Positions 43,599 to 52,443 are shown, counted from the first letter of the stretch. The stretch: 64,000 nt of DNA from an uncultured Candidatus Saccharibacteria bacterium (GCA_964586395.1 CAZPGP010000001.1:1865-65864); one strand, 5' to 3'. Made by a program: numbers and translations. The notes: generated from the sequence alone by a model not told the origin.

Positions 43599-44243
43599 AT
43601 GGAACAGCACACGACATTTAAGGAATTTCTCGAACAGTTCCCGGTACGGCGCTTCCAAAAGGGCGAGATGATAATCTGTGAAGGATTAGCGCCTCGTAAG
43701 TGTTACGCCTTGAAATCGGGGTTCGCAAAAGTATTTTTAACTACCAAGAGTGGCGAGGAGAAGGCTGTGAGCTTCATGGCATCACACGATCTATTCCCGC
43801 TTACTTGGATATTTGGCAAAACAGACGTATCGCTTTACTACTACCAGGCATACACTGACTGCGAGATGTTTGAGGTAAATCGAGACGACCTCATCCGTCA
43901 CGCGGAGGACGACCCGGGGATGTTCCGACGCCTCTTCGACTACACGCTAGACCAAAACATCGACCTAATGCAGCACATTCATAGCCTAGAACAGGCTAAA
44001 GCATCTGAGAAGCTGATGTACGCCTTCCACTTCTTAACTCGCCGTTTCGGCAAGAAGATCACCAAGTCACGCACAAAGATGCTTCTGCCGCTCACGCAGC
44101 AGGACCTAGCAAATTTCTTGGGACTTACCCGCGAGACAACCGGTGCGCAGCTAAAGGAACTGCAGCACAAGGGAGTTATCAACTACCAACAGCAGGAATA
44201 CGTGATTCACACTGACCGGCTGCGAGCTTTGATCGAAGATTAA
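43599..44243 (+). CDS. Crp/Fnr-family transcriptional regulator
   Basis: N-terminal cNMP-binding beta-roll plus a C-terminal HTH: LTQQDLANFLGLTRETTGAQLKELQHKGVI. Confidence 0.75.
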   Translation: MEQHTTFKEFLEQFPVRRFQKGEMIICEGLAPRKCYALKSGFAKVFLTTKSGEEKAVSFMASHDLFPLTWIFGKTDVSLYYYQAYTDCEMFEVNRDDLIRHAEDDPGMFRRLFDYTLDQNIDLMQHIHSLEQAKASEKLMYAFHFLTRRFGKKITKSRTKMLLPLTQQDLANFLGLTRETTGAQLKELQHKGVINYQQQEYVIHTDRLRALIED

Positions 44244-44329
44244 GCTTGGTTCTCCTTCGCTGATTACGTTTATAGCCCCATGGTATATCCGTTATAGCGA
44301 CCATCACTAGGAAATTTTCCATTTACATA

Positions 44330-44368
44330 GACAGAGGCCCCTCGGTGGGTCTCTGTTCCTATTTTGGG
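44330..44368 (+). terminator. Rho-independent terminator (CAGAGGCCC-ctcggt-GGGTCTCTG followed by TTCCTATTTTGGG)
   Basis: Hairpin followed by a T-tract after the crp-like gene. Confidence 0.5.
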
Positions 44369-44377
44369 TCTGATTTC

Positions 44378-44701
44378 CTAGGCAGCGCGAGCGTAACCGA
44401 GTTCAGCAGATTCAGTCGCGAACTCTGCGAGTCGATGCTGTCGGACCTCCCTCAACGAAACGACTTCAGCGCCATGATCGTCCGATTCAACAGATGCGCG
44501 TTCGTGGACCTCACGCGAAGGGTCGCGGACCTCGCTGAGGCCCATGTCGAAGGTAGATAAAACCAAAGCAGTAGCAGCACCACCTAGCGTCTCGATACGC
44601 TGTGGTCGCTGGGCACGCTGCCATTCGAGGTAGCGTTCAAACTCTCGTTGATCTCTGCTCTCTACGCTCATTCTGACCTCACGATACGCCCATATTGCCA
44701 A
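44378..44701 (-). CDS. Hypothetical protein (107 aa)
   Basis: ORF only; no motif recognised. Confidence 0.3.
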   Translation of the reverse strand: MAIWAYREVRMSVESRDQREFERYLEWQRAQRPQRIETLGGAATALVLSTFDMGLSEVRDPSREVHERASVESDDHGAEVVSLREVRQHRLAEFATESAELGYARAA

Positions 44702-44718
44702 AAGTGCAATAGTATCGT

Positions 44719-46068
44719 CTAATCTCTATTTTGAACCTGCACATTGCGAATCAAGAGGGCCGACAAAAGACCTGCCACAATCGCCAATCCACCACAGAGC
44801 AACACCGCAAATGTATACGCCTGGCCAGCGCCAAACAGCCCTAGTCCGGCAACGACCAGCAAACCTGAAACACGTGAAACAGCGTTGTTCACCGCAGATG
44901 CTATGCCAGAGTCGTTCTCTTCCACAGACGCCAATACGGTCGTCGTGAGTGGCGCTACCGTTGCGGCTAGGCCCAGACCAAACAGCAGCACACCGGGCAG
45001 GACGTGCACTATGTATTGCGAACTTTCATTCAATGGCAACAGAAGTAGAATTCCCAAACCAGCCAGAATCGGCCCGAGAGTCAGGAACCATCTCGGACCC
45101 AACTTGCCAGCGATCGCGCCCACCTTACCCGACAGCAATATCAAAATAAAACTAACCGGCAAGGTCGCCAATCCTGCGGCGATACTCGAATAATGCAGTG
45201 TCGTCTGCAGATATATGGTCAGGATGAAGAAAAACCCACCAAGCGCGCCGTACATAGCGAACGTCGTGATGTTCACCCCCGTAAAGTTGCCTGATTTAAA
45301 GAGTCGGAGCGGCAACATTGGGTCGCGACGCTTGTGCTCGCACCACACAAACAAAACCGCGCTCACTAGGCCAATAGTCAGCGCCGCTATTGCCGGCAAA
45401 CCCCAGCCCGTGACCGGCCCTTCGATGAGTCCAAATGTTATCCCGCCCAGGGCGGCAACCGCCAAGCCTGCACCCCACAGGTCAACCGTGCGCTTGGTCA
45501 TAACGTGCGATTCCTTGATTGCAGGCAAGCCTAGCCATACAACCAGCAGAAGTAACGGCACATTAATCAAGAAAATCCATCGCCACGAAGCCGCGTCGAT
45601 CAAATACCCACCCACAAGCGGCCCAGCGGCAATAATAGCTGAGGTTGCGGCCGTCCACATGCCAATAGCCTTGCCACGCAGCTCAGCCGAGAAATTCGTA
45701 TTGATAAGCGCCAATGCTCCAGGAATCATCAATGCACCAAAGATACCCTGGATAATACGCGCACCGATCAACATCTCGATATTCTGCGCCACAGCACATA
45801 ACAGAGATGCGATGCCGAAACCAACGACACCCCACAAGTAGACTTTCTTGCGCCCCAAGATATCCCCCAGGGAGCCTCCCAGCAGGATTAATGCAGATAA
45901 GGTCAGGAGATATCCGTCGACAATCCACTGCTGGCCAGAGAAGCCGGCGTTCAACAGTTCCGCCATCTTTGGCAGTGCAAGGTTAACAACCGATCCGTCT
46001 AAGAAAACAACGCCACTTCCAATAATTACCGCCCAAAGCATGCGTCGTTGTGTTGCTGTCATACCCAT
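44719..46068 (-). CDS. MFS transporter, DHA2-like (14 TM)
   Basis: MFS motif ..GSLGDILGRKKVY..G and 14 hydrophobic segments. Confidence 0.8.
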   Translation of the reverse strand: MGMTATQRRMLWAVIIGSGVVFLDGSVVNLALPKMAELLNAGFSGQQWIVDGYLLTLSALILLGGSLGDILGRKKVYLWGVVGFGIASLLCAVAQNIEMLIGARIIQGIFGALMIPGALALINTNFSAELRGKAIGMWTAATSAIIAAGPLVGGYLIDAASWRWIFLINVPLLLLVVWLGLPAIKESHVMTKRTVDLWGAGLAVAALGGITFGLIEGPVTGWGLPAIAALTIGLVSAVLFVWCEHKRRDPMLPLRLFKSGNFTGVNITTFAMYGALGGFFFILTIYLQTTLHYSSIAAGLATLPVSFILILLSGKVGAIAGKLGPRWFLTLGPILAGLGILLLLPLNESSQYIVHVLPGVLLFGLGLAATVAPLTTTVLASVEENDSGIASAVNNAVSRVSGLLVVAGLGLFGAGQAYTFAVLLCGGLAIVAGLLSALLIRNVQVQNRD

Positions 46069-46087
46069 AGCATAGCCCTGTTACGCC

Positions 46088-46128
46088 CAAAATCAAAAAG
46101 AGACCTGGCACAAAGCCAAGTCTCTCTT
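46088..46128 (-). terminator. Rho-independent terminator (11-bp stem AGAGACUUGGC/GCCAGGUCUCU with one wobble, then a U-tract)
   Basis: Downstream of the LPXTG gene on the minus strand. Confidence 0.5.
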
Positions 46129-46143
46129 TGAATGTTACCTGAT

Positions 46144-46881
46144 TTAGCGGTTGTGAGCGCTGCGCAGGTTTCGCTTGCTGCGAAGGTAGTGGTAGCCGGC
46201 AAGGCTCAATGAGCCTGCGCCTGCAAGACCACCAAGAACGGCGCTGGTGCCAGTGTTTGGCAGCTCAGCTGGAGTCTCAGGGGTAGGAGTTGGCTGTGGA
46301 ACCTCAGGAGTCTTAGGAGTCTCCGTTGGCTTCTCAGGGGTAACTGGTACCTCAGGTACCTTCACCTTGATAACAGCCTTGTCACAGCCCTTTTGGGGGT
46401 TGTCGTTGGCAGTGCTGTTACCAGTGAAGCAGGCTTCGTTAGTAATGGCGCCGTCTTTAGAGGCGGTAACCTTTACCAGGTATTCCTTAACGACACTTGC
46501 GCCTGGCTTGATCAAGCCGAGGTCGACTTTGATCGTGCGAGTAGCAGGGTCGTTAGCGAGCTCAACGCCAGCAGGAAGCGTGTCGGTCATGACTGTCTTA
46601 GCCATGTCGTTCCAGCCCTTGCTGTCAGCCTTACCTTTGTTGCTTACTTCGATGGTGTATTTGAGAATATCACCAGGCTTAGCGGCAACAGCGGTAGCGG
46701 CGTCATTTGCGTCAGCTTTCGCACTGTTAGTTGTTTGGTTCTGGACGTATTTCTTAATTACGCCCTCTGGATGCCAAGCTAATGCTGGGCTAGCTACCAT
46801 AGCGACAGTCACAACACTGGCGCTAAGCATAGCAGTTAGTACTTTAACCTTACTCATCGTATGGTCTCCTTCCCTGGTCAC
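46144..46881 (-). CDS. LPXTG-anchored cell-wall surface protein (sortase substrate)
   Basis: Signal peptide; a beta-rich domain; a Pro/Thr-rich stalk (PEKPTETPKTPEVPQPTPTPETP); the LPNTG motif; a hydrophobic segment; and a basic tail RSKRNLRSAHNR. Confidence 0.7.
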   Translation of the reverse strand: MTREGDHTMSKVKVLTAMLSASVVTVAMVASPALAWHPEGVIKKYVQNQTTNSAKADANDAATAVAAKPGDILKYTIEVSNKGKADSKGWNDMAKTVMTDTLPAGVELANDPATRTIKVDLGLIKPGASVVKEYLVKVTASKDGAITNEACFTGNSTANDNPQKGCDKAVIKVKVPEVPVTPEKPTETPKTPEVPQPTPTPETPAELPNTGTSAVLGGLAGAGSLSLAGYHYLRSKRNLRSAHNR

Positions 46882-47066
46882 CCGACTCTTGACAGGTGGC
46901 CGTTTTTAGTACGTGGGAATAATACTATATTATGCAATATTTGTCAATAGTTTAAACATTAGCGTTACTTCTGTTAGCGACCTCAAGCAAGGTATTGCAT
47001 TTAAAACACAAACATTATATAGTTCAATCGCACCTTCCCATCCCCACCGACCTGAAGGAGGTCAGT

Positions 47067-47972
47067 GTGATCAGCGGTGTTTTCAAGATCATCCGCAAGG
47101 TGATCGGCCTTGGCCTCCTGACGATGCTCATCTGGACACTCGCGCCAGACGGGATAGTCAACAGCTACGCCTACAACCAACACCCCCACCAGATCGAGCG
47201 TTACAGCAACAAGTCCACCACGGCGTTCGTGTTCTTCACGGGCACCCAGAGTTCGGGCAAGGCGCATTCCGCGCCGCTCCGAGACATCTGGGGCAGAGAC
47301 CGTGACGTGGTCGTGGTCGAGTACAACAGGGAGCGCTTCGACGGCCCTGTGACGGCCTACGACACGTACACCCTGCTCGTCGACGGTGGCTACAAGCGCG
47401 CCATCCTGGACGGAGCGTCCTTGGGTGGCATGCTGGCAACCGACGTCATCGACTTCGCTCAGGCACTGGGCAGCAAGATCGAGTTCGCGGTCATGATGCA
47501 GGACGTTCCTCAGACCGAGGAAGACCTGTACCAGCGAGACAACGCCGTCAACGCTGCGAAGTTCCTGTACCCCGGGCCCGTCACCAACTGGTGGGGCACC
47601 GATCCGTTCTGGCACTTCTTCTTCAAGCCGCCGGCCCGCTACATGCTGGGGTCGGACGTCAACGATGTCCAGCTCAAGGCCCACTACGAAGCCAGCCGCA
47701 ACTACCCGTTGTCAGGCTGGGCTGGCGAGATTCGCTACATCGTGAATCACCGCGAGTACGGCAGAAATCAGTACACCGGCATTCCGCTGATCTACATGCA
47801 GTCCGAGAAGGACGGTGTGGTCAAGCCAACAGCCGACAAGTGGAAATCTGTGTTCGGAAACATCACGGTCATCAACGTCCCGGACACGACGCACGTCGGC
47901 TTCGTGGAATACCCGACCGTGTGGCGCAAGGCGTTCGAAAAGGGCTTCGCGGCCCTACCGCCTGGATGGTGA
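47067..47972 (+). CDS. Membrane-anchored alpha/beta-hydrolase (GxSxG nucleophile elbow GASLGG), GC-rich foreign-looking gene
   Basis: GGAGG then GTG start at 47067; N-terminal TM segment; DGASLGGMLATD; GC of roughly 60% against an AT-rich upstream spacer. Confidence 0.6.
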   Translation: MISGVFKIIRKVIGLGLLTMLIWTLAPDGIVNSYAYNQHPHQIERYSNKSTTAFVFFTGTQSSGKAHSAPLRDIWGRDRDVVVVEYNRERFDGPVTAYDTYTLLVDGGYKRAILDGASLGGMLATDVIDFAQALGSKIEFAVMMQDVPQTEEDLYQRDNAVNAAKFLYPGPVTNWWGTDPFWHFFFKPPARYMLGSDVNDVQLKAHYEASRNYPLSGWAGEIRYIVNHREYGRNQYTGIPLIYMQSEKDGVVKPTADKWKSVFGNITVINVPDTTHVGFVEYPTVWRKAFEKGFAALPPGW

Positions 47973-48026
47973 GAGGGTGCATGGCGGCCAGGACTCGTTC
48001 CTGGTCGCTGCACTCCATGAAATTAT

Positions 48027-48758
48027 CTATGAAATCAACGCTGCCAAAATGGCCGCTAAGCCAATCGCAGTCACAACTATCCCCGTAACCATGCGACGCG
48101 TCCGCCAAGGTTCAGGGTCACGTCGAGTCTTGTACGCCGTCCAATGCAAGTAAGCAAATATGCTCACAAGGGTAATTCCATAAAACAGCCACAAACCTCG
48201 GAACCAATCCACCTGCAGCTCACCGCCCAGCCTCAGCCCGTGATAGAAAACAGCAATCATCGCGAATTCGCTGGCCCAACTTATCCAGCGCCACCAGGGT
48301 TTCTTATCGAACCAGCGCCACGTCTCGTAGCTCAGGAAGGCCAGGAGGGATACCGTGCCGAGCAGCGCCACCCATGACAGCTCGGGCGCCACGTAGTGCT
48401 TTAGATAGCTTTCAGGGGGCAAACCAAAACCATCTGCCCACAGTTGCCACATAAGCAGCCCTGGATGCAGCAGAAGCGCTACCAGCACGATCCAACTTGT
48501 TATGCGGTAATACGGCTTCAGGGCGGCCGCATCGCCGTCGACAGCCTCTCGTGCTGCGACAACCACATAGTGCCCCCACATTAGACTAAAGGCAACGAGA
48601 CCAAACAGCGGGAACCACGAATAGCTCGACAACTCAGGGATATTCCATGCGACGTTCTGGCCCCACACGACGACAGCCAAGATCACAGCCACAAGACTCA
48701 ATATCCAAGCACCCGGTACCAGTGCTAACCTCATAATTGCTTTGTCTGTAACGCTCAT
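48027..48758 (-). CDS. Polytopic membrane protein with conserved intramembrane His residues (ferric-reductase/cytochrome-b-like, MsrQ/YedZ-like)
   Basis: Six TM segments with His in TM helices (WGHYVV, LLLHPG, VFYHGLRLG). Confidence 0.4.
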   Translation of the reverse strand: MSVTDKAIMRLALVPGAWILSLVAVILAVVVWGQNVAWNIPELSSYSWFPLFGLVAFSLMWGHYVVVAAREAVDGDAAALKPYYRITSWIVLVALLLHPGLLMWQLWADGFGLPPESYLKHYVAPELSWVALLGTVSLLAFLSYETWRWFDKKPWWRWISWASEFAMIAVFYHGLRLGGELQVDWFRGLWLFYGITLVSIFAYLHWTAYKTRRDPEPWRTRRMVTGIVVTAIGLAAILAALIS

Positions 48759-48821
48759 GTCTACTTGACATCATACCGCACCTACACAATCATTAAAGGT
48801 ATCAACTAAGGAACACTGAGC

Positions 48822-49247
48822 ATGAGCGGAACCGTCAAAATAGCTATCGCTGCGATTGTCGCTCTTATTCTATTTGGCGCGATTGCCATCGTCGGCATCA
48901 ACAGCCAAAACAGCGCCACCGATGGTAGTACCGGCGCCAACGCCCAACCTAACCTCAACGCTGTCCAGGAAGATGACGTCGCGGCCACTGTAACCTACAC
49001 TGGTCACGGCTTTGAACCGAACCTCAGCACCATCACCGATCACAACTACGTGCGCGTTCGCAATCGCTCTGTTCGTATCCTCAACTTCGTCTCCGACCCC
49101 TACCTCGAGCGCACTGACAATCCCGAGCTCAACGTCGGCGAGATTCCTCCGGGCGAAAGTAAAAAGATCTACATAAGTCAAAAGGGCACGTGGGGTTACC
49201 ACAATGCCCTTGACCCAAGCGAATCCGGAACGATAGTCGTTCGGTAG
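48822..49247 (+). CDS. Secreted small beta-sandwich protein (cupredoxin-like fold suspected)
   Basis: Signal anchor; Shine-Dalgarno AAGGAA; beta-rich ...TYTGHGFEPN...VRVRNRS.R..NF.S.P...GESKKIYIS.KGTWGYH. Confidence 0.4.
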   Translation: MSGTVKIAIAAIVALILFGAIAIVGINSQNSATDGSTGANAQPNLNAVQEDDVAATVTYTGHGFEPNLSTITDHNYVRVRNRSVRILNFVSDPYLERTDNPELNVGEIPPGESKKIYISQKGTWGYHNALDPSESGTIVVR

Positions 49248-49502
49248 CTACTTCTTCTCGCGCTCAACGGTAATGGTGCACTCAGTGACCAATGCAGCAA
49301 TCGCGCCCACCGCCGCCAAAGGAGCGGCCAGAACAGCACCAACAACACCAACAGTGAGTGGCATTTCGACGATAGTCTTGCCGTCTTTGCCCTTCACGGT
49401 AATGCGACGGACGTTGCCCTCAGCAATGAGTTCCTTTACCTTTTTCAGCAAGTCTTCACCGCTTACTTTGAATTCTTCGTGATACGTTTTGTTATCAGTC
49501 AT
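49248..49502 (-). CDS. DUF4342-family small protein
   Basis: ...EEFKVSGEDLLKKVKELIAEGNVRRITVKGKDGKTIVEMPLTVGVVGAVLAAPLAAVGAIAALVTECTITVE matches the DUF4342 pattern I remember. Confidence 0.55.
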   Translation of the reverse strand: MTDNKTYHEEFKVSGEDLLKKVKELIAEGNVRRITVKGKDGKTIVEMPLTVGVVGAVLAAPLAAVGAIAALVTECTITVEREKK

Positions 49503-49544
49503 GACAATAATTCCTTTCAGATTCAGTATACCCGAAGATCAGGC

Positions 49545-50762
49545 CTACTGAGCGTCTTGGAGGCGATAAATTGCGCCAGTTGCGTAATCGGCTAGATAAA
49601 TCTCGCCCGCGTTATCCTGACCGAAGGTGCTGATCTTGTATGGCGTATCGACTGCCTTAGTGGCTGTATACTTGCCATCCTTCTTCTCCATGAAGTAAAC
49701 CTGGCCACCACAGTAGTCGGCGTAGAAGTATTTGCCAGTCAAATCAGGATATGCGGTTCCGCGGTAGACGTAACCACCAGTGACCGAGCAACGACCCTCA
49801 GAATGGTCATAGCTGAGCACTGGGAAGACGTACTGATCTTTAGGCTTGCAGCCGTCGGTCTTGAATTCCTTCTCACCTTCGTAGCAGCGCCATCCGTAAT
49901 TGTTGCCACCCTTGCCAGCGGCTTCGACGTCGATTTCCTCTATTACGCCCTGACCGACATCGGCGATGTACATTTCGTGTGTCTGCGAGTCAAAGCTAAT
50001 GCGCCACGGGTTACGCAAGCCTGTGGACCAAATCTCTGGCTTGGCGCCCGAAGTCGAGACGAATGGATTGTCGGCAGGTGACTTGTACGGCAATGTTGAA
50101 ACGTCGATACGCAGAATCTTGCCTAGCCAGGTGCTCATGTCTTGGCCGCGCTTTTCTGGGTCGCCGGCCGAGCCACCATCGCCAAATGCGATATACAGGT
50201 AGCCGTCAGCACCAAACGCCAACGCTCCGCCCTTGTGGTTGTAGTACGGCTGTTTCTGCTTCAGGATCACCTGAGCGCTGGAGGCGTCTGCAGTGTTTGC
50301 GTCACTCGATACTTTGTAACGAGCTACGACGGTGTTGAGGTCCTTATCGACATAGTTGAGGTAGAAGTAGCCGTCAGTGGCGTACTTGGGCGAAAAGGCA
50401 ATGCCAAGCAGCCCCGTCTCGCCACCTGGCATCACGATACTACTGAGGTCAAGGAATGGCTCGGCCACAACCGTTCCGCTGCTATTGACGATGTGTATCT
50501 TGCCGCTCTGGCTCAGCACAAAGATGCGCTTGTCGCCCGAGATACCCGTCGATGCGATGCCGGTCGGGCTTTCCAAGCCAGATGCGTAGAGAGCCAACTG
50601 CGCCTTAACCGTTGGCGACGTCGTACTAGGAGTCGTGACAGGGTTAACCGCTGGCTTGCGTAGCAACAACCAGCCTACCAGTGCGACGGCTACGACCAGC
50701 AGCACAGCAAGAACTACTATCTGTACGCGATGAGATTTTGGTGCTTGTCCACCAGGTTCCAT
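49545..50762 (-). CDS. PQQ-dependent soluble sugar (aldose/sorbosone) dehydrogenase, membrane-anchored
   Basis: Beta-propeller SGDH motifs (PTGIA....R.FV..Q.G.I; NYGWR; HSEGRCSVTGGYVYRG). Confidence 0.8.
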   Translation of the reverse strand: MEPGGQAPKSHRVQIVVLAVLLVVAVALVGWLLLRKPAVNPVTTPSTTSPTVKAQLALYASGLESPTGIASTGISGDKRIFVLSQSGKIHIVNSSGTVVAEPFLDLSSIVMPGGETGLLGIAFSPKYATDGYFYLNYVDKDLNTVVARYKVSSDANTADASSAQVILKQKQPYYNHKGGALAFGADGYLYIAFGDGGSAGDPEKRGQDMSTWLGKILRIDVSTLPYKSPADNPFVSTSGAKPEIWSTGLRNPWRISFDSQTHEMYIADVGQGVIEEIDVEAAGKGGNNYGWRCYEGEKEFKTDGCKPKDQYVFPVLSYDHSEGRCSVTGGYVYRGTAYPDLTGKYFYADYCGGQVYFMEKKDGKYTATKAVDTPYKISTFGQDNAGEIYLADYATGAIYRLQDAQ

Positions 50763-50780
50763 GTGCCTATGATATCACGC

Positions 50781-51323
50781 TTATGCTTTTGTCACGTGCT
50801 TTAAAAATTCAGCGTATGTGCCGTCGATATCGCCCTTGATTGACTGCACAACTGCGACATGCGGCTTTCCTTCTGCGCTCTTGTGTACCAGATCGTATAA
50901 ATGCTTAATGATCGGCACGTCCGCCTCGGTGAGCGGCGGTGCGCCTTCTTCACCCCACGATCCGCGCTCAAGCATTCGCTCCACAGCCTCATCGCGACTT
51001 GTTGTTAACAGAATCTCGCGATAAGTTGCGTCGCATTCATCAGCAATCTTCGCAAAAGCCTCAGCCTGTGCGCCATCACGAACCAGGTACGGCAAGATGA
51101 CGTCATGGCCAGACTGCAAATGCCGACGAGCGATATCGCAGCTAAAGTTAAAAACCATCTCCCACGCTTCATCCTCGTGCTGAAGCCACTGGCCGATCAT
51201 TGCCACCAAACTGTCATTATTAACGCTGAGAGCCAGCGGACGCTCGCTTATGTAGCGCTCTGCAATCGTGGACTTGCCGATGCCTGCGGGGCCGTTGAGG
51301 AGGATGAGGGTAGGTCGTGTCAT
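50781..51323 (-). CDS. P-loop kinase (AAA_33 / small-molecule or antibiotic phosphotransferase-like)
   Basis: Walker A LNGPAGIGKST at residues 9-19 and a 180-aa length, similar in layout to TmrB/CPT-type kinases. Confidence 0.55.
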   Translation of the reverse strand: MTRPTLILLNGPAGIGKSTIAERYISERPLALSVNNDSLVAMIGQWLQHEDEAWEMVFNFSCDIARRHLQSGHDVILPYLVRDGAQAEAFAKIADECDATYREILLTTSRDEAVERMLERGSWGEEGAPPLTEADVPIIKHLYDLVHKSAEGKPHVAVVQSIKGDIDGTYAEFLKHVTKA

Positions 51324-51358
51324 ATGGGCATTATACCCAACAATTCTAAATGACCTTA

Positions 51359-51778
51359 TTAGTTAATGATCTCGCCCTTGATATTCGCTAATCTTTCTCG
51401 CCAATTTTGGATTTCCTCTGGAGTGAGCCTCTTCCATTCAGTAACTTCACCGACAATCTTCAAAGGCTCGGTACTGCGATACGAACGCGTTGGATTTCCG
51501 GGGAATTTTTTGTTTGTCACGTTGGGGTCATCCTCAAAACTGCCGGTCGGCTCCACAACATACACCCTTGCGCGGCCCTCACCGGAGGCTAGCTCTGCGG
51601 CCATCCCGGCACCGTCTACAAGGGCTGTGAAGTAAATGTGGTTCATCGTAACTTCTGGTCGGTAATTCGATTGAAAGCCTGCAGATAGCAGATCCCCGAT
51701 TAGCAGGTCTGCTTTAGTCCCATGAAAGAAAGGACCCTTATCTAAATTCTGCGGCTGGCCGTGGTCGTCATTACTCAT
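51359..51778 (-). CDS. arr: NAD+--rifampin ADP-ribosyltransferase (Arr family)
   Basis: GPFFHGTKADLLIGDLL, HIYFTAL, VEPTGSFEDDPNVTNKKFPGNPTRSYRS and EPLKIVG line up with the conserved blocks of M. smegmatis Arr as I recall them. The 139-aa length matches. Confidence 0.8.
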   Translation of the reverse strand: MSNDDHGQPQNLDKGPFFHGTKADLLIGDLLSAGFQSNYRPEVTMNHIYFTALVDGAGMAAELASGEGRARVYVVEPTGSFEDDPNVTNKKFPGNPTRSYRSTEPLKIVGEVTEWKRLTPEEIQNWRERLANIKGEIIN

Positions 51779-51873
51779 GGTGTAATTATCTCACAGCAAC
51801 AATCTCTGTACCCTAGCGCCGCCATAAATAATCAGAAACGAAAAAGTCGCCAGCAATGCTGACGGCCTTTTCA

Positions 51874-51948
51874 TGGCTCCGAGGGCGAGGCTCGAACTCG
51901 CGACCTAGTGGTTAACAGCCACCCGCTCTACCGCTGAGCTACCTCGGA
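51874..51948 (-). tRNA. tRNA-Asn (GTT)
   Basis: Reverse complement: TCCGAGG-TA-GCTCAGCGGTAGAGC-G-GGTGG-CTGTTAA-CCACT-AGGTC-GCGAG-TTCGAGC-CTCGC-CCTCGGA-G-CCA. Seven-bp acceptor, anticodon GTT, CCA encoded. Confidence 0.9.
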
Positions 51949-52068
51949 ATAACAAAGGCTATTATACGAACATTACCAACAGAGGTCAACCATAAAAAAT
52001 ACAGCCCTCCCCCTTACGAGGAAGGCTGCACATGTGGGCATATTGGTAAATATGTGCGTAGCTAAGAG

Positions 52069-52443
52069 CTACTTGTTGAAAATGTTGTTTACGAAGTTAA
52101 TCGTAATGTTGACTGCCCCACCGACGACGTTGCCGATCTGGATCCAGACGTTGTTGTCTACGTTAACGTTGCCGCCACCGTAGCCGCTACCGCCGTTTTG
52201 GCCGTTACCATTGTTGGTACCAACGTTGGTTCGTTGCTGAACGCCGAGGTTCACACCGCCAACACTTGGGGTGTTGCCGTTGTTGCCACCATTGTTGTGA
52301 CTGTTACCGTTACCGTGGCCATTGCCATGGCCGTTGTCGCTCGTTGCCGACACAGAGGCAAATGCGCCTGTGCTGAGCGAGAGAGTTGCTACTGCGAAAC
52401 CGCTCAAGAGCAGTTTCTTCACTGCAAACTTCTTTGTGGTCAT
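52069..52443 (-). CDS. Secreted Gly/Asn/His-rich low-complexity protein
   Basis: Signal peptide, then GHGNGHGNGNSHNNGGNNGN...; GGAGGAG Shine-Dalgarno. Confidence 0.5.
   Translation of the reverse strand: MTTKKFAVKKLLLSGFAVATLSLSTGAFASVSATSDNGHGNGHGNGNSHNNGGNNGNTPSVGGVNLGVQQRTNVGTNNGNGQNGGSGYGGGNVNVDNNVWIQIGNVVGGAVNITINFVNNIFNK

Noticed and set aside
45215-45841. A 208-aa plus-strand ORF (and 44744-45193) inside the MFS transporter gene
   Set aside because: Antisense to a 14-TM MFS gene. Pro/Ser/Arg-rich.
46247-46909. A 220-aa plus-strand ORF overlapping the LPXTG protein gene
   Set aside because: Antisense. The minus-strand frame has a signal peptide, an LPNTG motif and a terminator.
47001-47684. 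A 227-aa minus-strand ORF across the alpha/beta-hydrolase gene
   Set aside because: Antisense to the GC-rich hydrolase gene, which has a GGAGG-GTG start and a GxSxG motif. Typical Arg/Val/Gly-rich reverse-frame product.
51841-51960. Possibility that the tRNA-Asn marks an integrated mobile element (attachment site)
   Set aside because: No integrase, recombinase, direct repeat of the tRNA 3' end, or phage/plasmid genes are visible within the window. The flanking genes (Arr, the kinase) have host-like GC. It is kept only as a weak hypothesis in the findings.
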